From Patescibacteria group bacterium (GTDB lineage Bacteria; Patescibacteriota; 4484-211), in contig JAHISN010000057.1 of the NCBI GenBank assembly GCA_018818265.1, positions 1 through 36,835 on the forward strand: a stretch of 36,835 nucleotides of DNA, written 5' to 3'. The notes under the pieces were generated by a model. That model saw only the letters and a program-made list of their open reading frames with translations, made no database searches and had not been told where the DNA came from. This document shows, piece by piece, positions 25,549-33,508 of the stretch. Position 1 is the first letter of the stretch, and every line of letters begins with the position of its first letter. Both the position numbers and the translations under genes were made by a program.

Positions 25549-27138
25549 ATGGTCATCAACTACAGCCACATCCGGTCTCTGGCGCTAATTTGTCTTGTTA
25601 TTCTCACTCTCCATCTTTCTTTCATGGCGCAAAATTTAAAAGAAAACCAAATTCTGTATGACTTCCAACCGCCCATAGCTTCCACCCCAAACCCGACATC
25701 AACACTGACGCTGACGCTGACGCTGACCCCGACTCCCAATCCCACGCCTAACGCCAACTACACCAAGCGCTTGACTGATCCTTGCTACAAAAATTGGCGT
25801 GCCAAGATTCCACAGGAATTGGCTCTAACCGAATATCTTTCCGTTATTAGTATTCCCGAACAAAAACACTACTTATTTAAAGACAAAGAACTGATTAAAA
25901 CCTACACCATTTCCACCGGCGCTGGAGAAAATGAAATGCCCGAAGGAATTTGGAGAGTAGGGGAGATTAGAGACTCTGGGTTAGGCGGCATTTACGGCCC
26001 ACGACTATTGTTTCTGGAGGTTTGGGACAAGAACCAATTTATTGAAACTACGCGGGCATTTCACGGGACGAACGAGCCAGAGAAAATCGGCACCAACTTC
26101 GGTCTCGGATGCGTCTATCACTATAATGAAGATATTTTAGAGATCTACGATCTTCTCCCTCCGGAAACATTAGTAGTAACTACTTACGATGACGAACCCG
26201 CCAACTGGGAAATTTTAATTGGGGGTACAGTAGTATTGTCTCGCGGGGTGGATGAGCGCATCCGCAAATATCAAAATGTGAATTACCCATGGGAGAAAAT
26301 TGATCGTTTAACCCAATCGGCCGATTTAACTATCATTAATCTTAAGTCGGCTTTTGTTGAAGACTGCCCTTATGTTTCCGACAAACCCGTTTTTTGTTCT
26401 CAAACAGCCTATGTCAATGGCTTGACTATTAATAACATAGATTTAGTCAGCTTGGCAGGCAATCACCTCGGCGACTATGGCATTGATGGTATTGAGTACA
26501 CACTGGACGTACTTAACAAGAATAATATTCTTTTCACTGGCGCAGGGAAAGATTCTGCTGAAGCTTACCAGCCACAGATTATCGAACTTGTTAACAGAGT
26601 ACCATGCGCCGCTCCTACAGAGCTATGCAGAGCAACAGAGGAGACTCTAAAGGTTGGTTTCTTCTCCTTTAATACCGTAGCCGGCACATCTCCCGCCGCA
26701 AAAGAAGACTCCACCGGTGTCGCCTGGTGGAATGAACAGAAGGTTAGTGAAATTATCAAGTCACTAACCCCCCACACCGACATCATCATCGCCATGCCTA
26801 ACTGGGGGCCAGAATACACTCACCAGCCCACTGACGACCAAGTTAGCATGGGACACCTGCTTGTCGACTGGGGTGTAGACATTGTTGCCGGAGATCAAGC
26901 CCATTGGATACAAAAATATGAAGATTATCAGGACGGCGTTATCTTTTATGGACTAGGAAATTTAATTTTTGACCAGATGTGGTCGGAAAAGACAAGACAA
27001 GGCATTTTAGTCAAAATAGTAGTTGATAAGGATAAGAACTTCAGCTACGAAAGTATACCGACAATAATAGAAGATTATGCCCAGCCGAGATTGGCAAATT
27101 CGGAAGAGTCGAAAACTATCCTACGACAAATTGAGTAA
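25549..27138 (+). CDS. Membrane-anchored L,D-transpeptidase (YkuD) and CapA/PGA_cap fusion
   Basis: N-terminal TM, PT linker, ISTG..PEG.W, FHGT..GCV; SLAGNHLGDYG, WGPEY, FYGLGNLIFDQ. Confidence 0.85.
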   Translation: MVINYSHIRSLALICLVILTLHLSFMAQNLKENQILYDFQPPIASTPNPTSTLTLTLTLTPTPNPTPNANYTKRLTDPCYKNWRAKIPQELALTEYLSVISIPEQKHYLFKDKELIKTYTISTGAGENEMPEGIWRVGEIRDSGLGGIYGPRLLFLEVWDKNQFIETTRAFHGTNEPEKIGTNFGLGCVYHYNEDILEIYDLLPPETLVVTTYDDEPANWEILIGGTVVLSRGVDERIRKYQNVNYPWEKIDRLTQSADLTIINLKSAFVEDCPYVSDKPVFCSQTAYVNGLTINNIDLVSLAGNHLGDYGIDGIEYTLDVLNKNNILFTGAGKDSAEAYQPQIIELVNRVPCAAPTELCRATEETLKVGFFSFNTVAGTSPAAKEDSTGVAWWNEQKVSEIIKSLTPHTDIIIAMPNWGPEYTHQPTDDQVSMGHLLVDWGVDIVAGDQAHWIQKYEDYQDGVIFYGLGNLIFDQMWSEKTRQGILVKIVVDKDKNFSYESIPTIIEDYAQPRLANSEESKTILRQIE

Positions 27139-27159
27139 GCTACTTAAGCGCTAACAAAC

Positions 27160-27189
27160 TTGCACCCAGCAGGGAGATAATGTTATACT
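27160..27189 (+). promoter_or_regulatory. Strong promoter-like site ~230 nt upstream of pcrA
   Basis: TTGCAC-18-TATACT with an extended TG. Confidence 0.55.
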
Positions 27190-27235
27190 ATGGACTGCAC
27201 ACTGACAAATCTAAATTCAATCACCCCAGCCTACA

Positions 27236-27353
27236 TAAACGTTCATCGTTTAACAACGTCGCTACCAGGGCCAATAGGGCAATGCTCAATCAGAATTTAT
27301 AATCCTCCAAGACTTTACGCCTTAACAAAAGCCATCTAAACGTCCATCGTTTA
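27236..27353. repeat. Two copies of palindrome TAAACG-TyCAT-CGTTTA
   Basis: 27236-27252 and 27337-27353. Confidence 0.8.
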
Positions 27354-27423
27354 AGAAAGGCTCAATCATAGGGAGTGGAAACAAATATATAGGCCAATAT
27401 CAAACTATGATAAAATTCTATGC

Positions 27424-29328
27424 GTGTCCGATGCAATTCTTTCTTCTCTTAATTCCCAGCAGCAGGCGGCAGTAAAACATATGGATGGACCGAGCTTGGT
27501 TCTGGCCGGGGCCGGAAGCGGTAAGACCCGCGTATTAACCCACCGCACCGCCTATCTTATTGATCAAGGTATAGACCCACAAAATATTCTGCTAGTAACT
27601 TTTACTAATAAAGCCGCCGGGGAAATGAAGGAGCGAGTCCATAAACTTCTGGGCGCCTTTCCCGCTACTCCTGCGACCTATCCGGCTACTCACCCTCACA
27701 TCGGCACTTTTCATGCTACTTGCGCCCAAATTCTACGTCTTAACGGCGAACACATCGGCTTGTCATCACGCTATCTTATTTACGACACTGCAGACCAACT
27801 TTCACTCATCAGACAGGTTATTGAAAAACTAAAGCTGTCTAAAAGTCTCAAGCCTGCTGCCATTAAGAGCTTTATCTCTTCAGCCAAATGCGAACTCATC
27901 GGCCCTAAGAAATACGCTCAATACGCACGCGGCTATTATCAGGAGCTAGCAGCTGAAATCTATCCTGTTTACCAGAAAATGCTTAGGGAAAATGAGGCTC
28001 TGGATTTTGGCGATTTAATTATGGAAACTGTAAAGTTATTTAGAGAATTTCCCGAGGTTTTGAGCCAGCACCAAAACAAATTCCGCTACTTGATGGTGGA
28101 TGAATATCAGGACACTAACTTAGCCCAGTACACTTTGACTAAACTATTGACCGGAATAGGGGACACCCAAAATCTCTGCGTCGTTGGCGACTGTAGTCAA
28201 AGCATTTATGCCTTCCGTGGCGCCAACTTAGGCAATGTCCTTAAATTCAAGGGCGATTTTCCTCAAACCAAAATCTTTCATCTGGAAAGGAATTATCGTT
28301 CTACCAAGACGATATTGTCTGCGGCCACGCAAGTTATCAAAACTAACCGTCACGCCCATCCTGTCCTGGATCTTTGGACAGATAATGAACAAGGCCAGCC
28401 TATCGTAATTTATTATGCAATTGACCATGTAGATGAAGCCCAATTCGTAATCCATCAAATCCAGAAACTGCGCAACTATGATTTGAACGACTTTGCCGTT
28501 TTATACCGCACCAACGCTCAGTCACGGGCGCTGGAAGAAGTTTTTCTGCACTCACACCTGCCCTATCGTTTAGTCGGCGGCGTTCACTTCTACGAGCGCA
28601 AGGAAATTAAAGACATTCTGGCTTATCTCAGACTAATTGCTAACCCTAAAGATGGTGTTAGTTTTAAGCGGGCCGTTAACACCCCTCCGCGAGGTATAGG
28701 CCCAGTTACTCTAAAGCAAGGCGGCCCTAAACTGGAACATTTTCAAGCGCTCATTGAATCCTATCGGCATAAAAGCAAGCGTGTAAACATTGTAGATTTG
28801 ATTGATAACTTGCTAGAACGTATTAATTTTAAAGAGTATCTTGATGACGGTACTGAGAGCGGGATAACACGATGGGAAAATGTGTTGGAGCTTAAGTCTG
28901 TAGCTCAATCTTTTGCAAAACTTTCACCGGAAGAATCCATATTCGCCTTTTTAGAAAATGTCTCATTAATGGAAAGAACGGAAATATCAACCCGAAAGAA
29001 TGAGTCCCTGTTGACCAATCGTGAAGAAAGCGCGGTTAACTTAATGACCCTGCACGCAGTTAAAGGACTGGAATTCCCAGTAATTTTTATTATTGGTATG
29101 GAAGAAGGTCTCTTGCCGCACTCCCGCTCCTTAATGGAACGCACGGCGCTAGAAGAGGAAAGAAGACTCGCCTATGTAGGTATCACCCGTGCACGCGAAA
29201 GACTATTTTTAACCCACACCCAAAGTAGATTATATTTCGGCCAACAGAGAATATTCCCACCCTCAAGATTCTTGAAAGATCTTCCGGAAGAATTAGTGGT
29301 CCGCAAGAGGGGATTGTTAATGAGTTAA
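27424..29328 (+). CDS. pcrA: UvrD/PcrA family ATP-dependent DNA helicase
   Basis: AGAGSGKT; TFTNKAA; VDEYQDTN; NYRST; LYRTNAQSR; MTLHAVKGLEF; EEERRLAYVGITRA. Confidence 0.95.
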   Translation: MSDAILSSLNSQQQAAVKHMDGPSLVLAGAGSGKTRVLTHRTAYLIDQGIDPQNILLVTFTNKAAGEMKERVHKLLGAFPATPATYPATHPHIGTFHATCAQILRLNGEHIGLSSRYLIYDTADQLSLIRQVIEKLKLSKSLKPAAIKSFISSAKCELIGPKKYAQYARGYYQELAAEIYPVYQKMLRENEALDFGDLIMETVKLFREFPEVLSQHQNKFRYLMVDEYQDTNLAQYTLTKLLTGIGDTQNLCVVGDCSQSIYAFRGANLGNVLKFKGDFPQTKIFHLERNYRSTKTILSAATQVIKTNRHAHPVLDLWTDNEQGQPIVIYYAIDHVDEAQFVIHQIQKLRNYDLNDFAVLYRTNAQSRALEEVFLHSHLPYRLVGGVHFYERKEIKDILAYLRLIANPKDGVSFKRAVNTPPRGIGPVTLKQGGPKLEHFQALIESYRHKSKRVNIVDLIDNLLERINFKEYLDDGTESGITRWENVLELKSVAQSFAKLSPEESIFAFLENVSLMERTEISTRKNESLLTNREESAVNLMTLHAVKGLEFPVIFIIGMEEGLLPHSRSLMERTALEEERRLAYVGITRARERLFLTHTQSRLYFGQQRIFPPSRFLKDLPEELVVRKRGLLMS

Positions 29329-29505
29329 TGGGTTAATGGGTTAATGGGTTAATGGGTTAATGATGTTAATGATGGCCATTTGACGATTAGTCAACAACTC
29401 ATTAACTACTTCATTAACTACTTCATTAACTATTCATTAACTGACCACTAACAACTAGAAACTGAAACCTAAAAAGCTAGTGAAGCTAAAAAGCTAACCA
29501 CCTGA
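29317..29505. repeat. Inverted octamer/12-mer arrays between convergent pcrA and pnp
   Basis: (TTAATGGG)x4 facing CATTAACTACTT repeats; also AAGCTAGTG-AAGCTAAA-AAGCTAAC. Confidence 0.85.
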
Positions 29506-31581
29506 TCACTTCGCCTGCTTTATCGACAAATTAATACGATCGCGGTCATCAATATTAATCACTTTAACTCTCACCTTGTCACCTTCTTTGATATGATCGT
29601 GAATCTTATCAATAAACTGATCGGTAATTTCGGAAATGTGCACCATTCCCTCTTTACGCGGGAGGATCTCTACAAAAGCACCAAAATCAAGAACCCGCGT
29701 TACCTTGCCATCATAAATTTCCCCAATTTTGGCCTCCTGATCAAAACTAGCTACCCATTTCTGCGCTTGCTCCACTTTATCAAGATCTCTCCCCGAAATC
29801 ATTACCCGCCCATCATCTCTAACATCAATTTCTGTTTCTGTTTCTTCCTGGATAGCGCGAATTGTTCCGCCGCCCGGGCCGATAATTTTACCAATCTTAC
29901 TTGGATTGACTTTAACAGTTATAATGTGCGGCGCATACTCGGAAAGTTTTTCCCTAGAAGAAGAAATCACCTTACTCATCTCCTGCAATATATGCAAACG
30001 TCCGGTACGTGCTTGTTTTAGTGCCTTGGTAAGCAAATCCATATTCATACAGCCTGTTTTTACATCCATCTGCATCGCTGTAATGCCACTTTCCGTTCCC
30101 GCAACTTTCAGATCCATGTCGCCATAAAAATCCTCTAAGCCCGCAATATCGGTAAGAATAAGATTTTTATCCCCTTCGCTTATTAAGCCCATGGCTACGC
30201 CTGCAACAGCGGCTTTAATCGGCACACCGGCATCCATGAGAGATAACGATGAGCCACAAACAGAAGCTTGCGATGTTGAACCAGCCGAGGATAAAACTTC
30301 GGAAACTACACGAACAGTATAAGGAAACTCCTTTTCGGAAGGTATCACTGGGAGTAAAGCAGTCTCCGCCAGCGCCCCATGACCAATCTCCCTGCGACGG
30401 GGATAGCCTAAACGCCCACACTCCCCGGTACTAAAGGGCAAAAACTCATAATGGTGAATGTATCTCTGGGTAGTTTCACCGGTCATTGTCTCAATTAACT
30501 GCTCTAAGGATGTTGACGCTAATGTAACCACCGAGAGGACTTGAGTCTGTCCACGCTTGAATAAAGCAGAACCGTGAACACGCGGAAGTAGACCGATTTC
30601 AATTTCTAAAGGTCGAACCTCATCCAAAGCACGTCCATCAAAACGCTTATTTGATTCCAAAACGCGCCGGCGCATCGTTAGCTTTAGCTGATCATCAAAC
30701 AACTCATTCATCTGACTCTTTCCAATCTTGCCCTCAAACTTCTCAAAAAGAAGTCCTCGAAATTCTTCCTGCGCATCATCACGCACAGAGTGGTCTTGGT
30801 GCAGTCCGTCTTCAGGAAAATTATCCTGCACAAAACTAATGACTTGCGCTTTGACTTTTAGGTCAATCTCCGGCGGCTTATAATCAACAACCGGTGTGTC
30901 CACTTTAGAGGTAAAATCCTCAATAAAGTCTAGCATTGTCTCTAAATGCGGCTGGGCAAACTGCACTGCTCCGATAACCTTCTCTTCCGAAGACTGTTCG
31001 GCTTTAACTTCGAGCATCAGCATACTTTCCCTGGAAACTACCAATAGTAAATCTAAGTCAGAAAACTCGCATTCCGCTCCTCGTGGATTAAGAAGATAGT
31101 TGCCGTCGTTGAGACCAATCTTTACTGCCGCTACTGGCCCCTTCCAAGGGAGACCAGAAATTTTTAGCGCAGCAGAAACTGCGGTTAGAGCCAAAAAGGT
31201 TAAGTCGTGTCCTGGCTCAAACGACAAGATGGTAACGATTATCTGAATTTCACTACGAAGATCTTTAGGGAAAAGAGGACGAATGGAGCGATCAATTGCG
31301 CGCGCTTTCAAAATTGCCAGCTCTGAAGGGCGACCCTCACGTTTAACAAAACGAGAACCTTTAATTCTACCGCCAGCATAGAACTTCTCCTCATAATCAA
31401 CTATTAAAGGCAAATAACCCCGATCTTCTCCACTATCGGAAAAAACCACAGTAGCTAGAAGAGTAGAATCGCCGTGACTGGCTAAAACTGCCCCATTCGC
31501 TTGCTCGGCCAGTTTGCCAGTTTGCAGAGTAAGTTCCTGGTTTGAAATATTGATACTATTTTCGATAACTTTTGAATTCAT
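29506..31581 (-). CDS. pnp: Polyribonucleotide nucleotidyltransferase (PNPase)
   Basis: RAIDRSIRPLFP; RFDGR; HGSALFKRGQTQ; RREIGHG; GDMDLKVAGT; KH and S1 domains. Confidence 0.97.
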   Translation of the reverse strand: MNSKVIENSINISNQELTLQTGKLAEQANGAVLASHGDSTLLATVVFSDSGEDRGYLPLIVDYEEKFYAGGRIKGSRFVKREGRPSELAILKARAIDRSIRPLFPKDLRSEIQIIVTILSFEPGHDLTFLALTAVSAALKISGLPWKGPVAAVKIGLNDGNYLLNPRGAECEFSDLDLLLVVSRESMLMLEVKAEQSSEEKVIGAVQFAQPHLETMLDFIEDFTSKVDTPVVDYKPPEIDLKVKAQVISFVQDNFPEDGLHQDHSVRDDAQEEFRGLLFEKFEGKIGKSQMNELFDDQLKLTMRRRVLESNKRFDGRALDEVRPLEIEIGLLPRVHGSALFKRGQTQVLSVVTLASTSLEQLIETMTGETTQRYIHHYEFLPFSTGECGRLGYPRRREIGHGALAETALLPVIPSEKEFPYTVRVVSEVLSSAGSTSQASVCGSSLSLMDAGVPIKAAVAGVAMGLISEGDKNLILTDIAGLEDFYGDMDLKVAGTESGITAMQMDVKTGCMNMDLLTKALKQARTGRLHILQEMSKVISSSREKLSEYAPHIITVKVNPSKIGKIIGPGGGTIRAIQEETETEIDVRDDGRVMISGRDLDKVEQAQKWVASFDQEAKIGEIYDGKVTRVLDFGAFVEILPRKEGMVHISEITDQFIDKIHDHIKEGDKVRVKVINIDDRDRINLSIKQAK

Positions 31582-31627
31582 AAGATTGGAGAATTATATC
31601 ACAAGCCCCCAAACAACTTAACAAAAC

Positions 31628-31680
31628 AGTTAATTGGTTAATTGGTTAATTAACCAGTTAACTAGTTAACAAATTAACTT
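31628..31680. repeat. Self-complementary octamer array
   Basis: GTTAATTG GTTAATTG GTTAATTAAC CAGTTAAC TAGTTAAC AAATTAAC. Confidence 0.75.
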
Positions 31681-31753
31681 CGTGGGGATACAGCAGATAT
31701 TTTCCAGCAAACACCGACCGAAAAACCCGAAAGATGATTCCCAACCCAACCGG

Positions 31754-32026
31754 TCAACTCTTCTTTAACTTTAGCTTTTCCATCACCATTTTGTACCTTT
31801 CTAGACTTTTCCTCCTGAGATATTTAAGAAGCCGCTGGCGCCTGCCAACCATTCGCAGTAATCCGCGGCGCGAGTGATTATCGTGCCGGTGCTCCTTAAG
31901 GTGCTCGGTAAGTGAACCAATTCTACTTGTCAATAGGGCAATCTGTACCTCCGGCGACCCGGTATCGTCCGAATGTACTTTAAAATCTGTTATTATTTTG
32001 GTCTTATTGTCTTTGTTTAGAGACAT
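31754..32026 (-). CDS. rpsO: 30S ribosomal protein S15
   Basis: [44 protein letters not shown]; start at ATG 32026. Confidence 0.97.
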   Translation of the reverse strand: MSLNKDNKTKIITDFKVHSDDTGSPEVQIALLTSRIGSLTEHLKEHRHDNHSRRGLLRMVGRRQRLLKYLRRKSLERYKMVMEKLKLKKS

Positions 32027-32036
32027 GGCGGAAAAC

Positions 32037-32070
32037 AGCTTTGTAGCTTCATTAGCTTCATTAGCTTTTT
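32037..32070 (-). repeat. 9-mer AAGCTAATG array in the rpsO leader
   Basis: AAGCTAATG AAGCTAATG AAGCTACA AAGCTG. Confidence 0.75.
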
Positions 32071-32304
32071 GGGTTTCAGTTTTTGCGAACCCATTCATTA
32101 TACACTCGTTTAACAATGATACCACACTTACAACCCAGCATACTACCCATAACTAACCAAAATGTCAAACCTGTAAGATAACTCTAAACCCGCACCCTAA
32201 GCCTACAAGGAGTAGGGTAGAGTGTCAAGCAGAAAAATCAAAGCGCAGGTAACCAATTAACCTGCTTCGGAAAAGTAGAAAACAACTCGACCGTAATCAA
32301 TTCG

Positions 32305-32847
32305 TTATGCTTCCTCAGTAATCAGTACATATCCATACACAAACCACCAGTAAAAAAGCAACCAGACAATAAAAACAAAAGCGGCAAAATAGTCGTGGAA
32401 AATAATAGCAAAAAGCTGACTGCTATAAATAGCAAGTAGAACTGTAATCGCCATACGAACCAAGTTAACCACGAAAGTTCCTAAAATGCCAATAATAATC
32501 GCCTCTACCTTGGACCAGCGCGTAAAATTGCCCTGCAAACCACCAATGAAAGTAACAAGCAACAGCAACATCCCCTGCCAGCCGATACAGTTCCAGGAAA
32601 GATGCACATAAATATCGTTTATAATCATCCCATCGGGCACGGCAACAAAATCCAGATTAAAGGGAAGAAGCAAAACTCCAATAAGTTTAACCTCTCCGGG
32701 CACGATTATTTTCTCAATAATCTGATACAGCCTAGTACTTTCCACGATGCGGGTCATCAGTTCGTTAAGAGTGGTCACAAAAGGCAGTATTGCCAAAATT
32801 ACCGCGGCGAGGATGAAAATTGTGAGAAAAGTTTGTTTTTTATGCAT
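32305..32847 (-). CDS. Exosortase/archaeosortase family protein
   Basis: Multi-TM protein with the Cys-Arg-His triad context: SWNCIGWQG, VNLVRMA, IFHDYF. Confidence 0.85.
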   Translation of the reverse strand: MHKKQTFLTIFILAAVILAILPFVTTLNELMTRIVESTRLYQIIEKIIVPGEVKLIGVLLLPFNLDFVAVPDGMIINDIYVHLSWNCIGWQGMLLLLVTFIGGLQGNFTRWSKVEAIIIGILGTFVVNLVRMAITVLLAIYSSQLFAIIFHDYFAAFVFIVWLLFYWWFVYGYVLITEEA

Positions 32848-32850
32848 AAG

Positions 32851-32885
32851 GCGTAAGTTACTTAAGATACTTAGGTTTCTTACGA
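32851..32885. repeat. 9-mer (TAAGwTACT) array, copy 1
   Basis: GCGTAAGTTACTTAAGATACTTAGGTTTCTTACGA; 32/35 identical to 33084-33118. Confidence 0.85.
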
Positions 32886-33443
32886 AACACGCCTCGCGCG
32901 CAAGCGGCGATGGTAGAGGTTCTCGGCATAACCACCTTCAGTTTCGTGTTTTTTCTCCAACGATTTTACTTGCCTATACAATAAGTAAGTGGCCTGGTGG
33001 CATAGAGTTAACAGTAGGTTAGTCGCTTCTTCAGGGTCCTTGGGCAGCTTTAGCCGGGCCAAAAGCGCTTGCGCTTTTGGCTCGCGTAAGTCTCTTAAGA
33101 TACTTAAGTTTCTTACGATTCGCGCGCTCCGCGCGCGAAACACTCGCACACGCGGATCGTCTTTAGACCACTGCGAAAGTTTCCGCTGTCTCAGAAAATC
33201 CTCCAAGTTTCCCAGAAGCTCCTCAATACTAGCCTTGGCCACATTAGTCAGCTTAATGCCTGTCTTTAGACTGGTAGCCATCCCCTCTGAGCCCTCAACA
33301 ATGTTTTGTTTGCCGCTACGGGCGGCGCCATTCATCTGCTCCTTTAATTTCCAACTCCTGACCCAACGCTCACAAAACTCGACCGTTAGGTCGTAAATAA
33401 TCAGCGCGAACCAATATGTAAAGAGTTTTTTGTAGGGTTGCAT
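32880..33443 (-). CDS. Four-helix-bundle protein (23S-IVP/Avd-like family) with suffix domain
   Basis: YKKLFTY...IYDLTVEFC; EQMNGAARSGKQNIVEG; KLTNVAKASIEELL...EDFLRQR; NLLLTLCHQATYLL.RQ..LE.....EGGY.E.L. Confidence 0.88.
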   Translation of the reverse strand: MQPYKKLFTYWFALIIYDLTVEFCERWVRSWKLKEQMNGAARSGKQNIVEGSEGMATSLKTGIKLTNVAKASIEELLGNLEDFLRQRKLSQWSKDDPRVRVFRARSARIVRNLSILRDLREPKAQALLARLKLPKDPEEATNLLLTLCHQATYLLYRQVKSLEKKHETEGGYAENLYHRRLRARRVS

Positions 33444-33508
33444 CGTAAGTCCTGCCCTGAACCGAGCTTGCTCTGGTTCGGGGCTCCTAAGATACTTAAG
33501 TTACTTAA
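33444..33508. repeat. 9-mer array copy 3, interrupted by a hairpin insert
   Basis: CGTAAGTC[CTGCCCTGAACCGAGCTTGCTCTGGTTCGGGGC]TCCTAAGATACTTAAGTTACTTAA. Confidence 0.75.
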
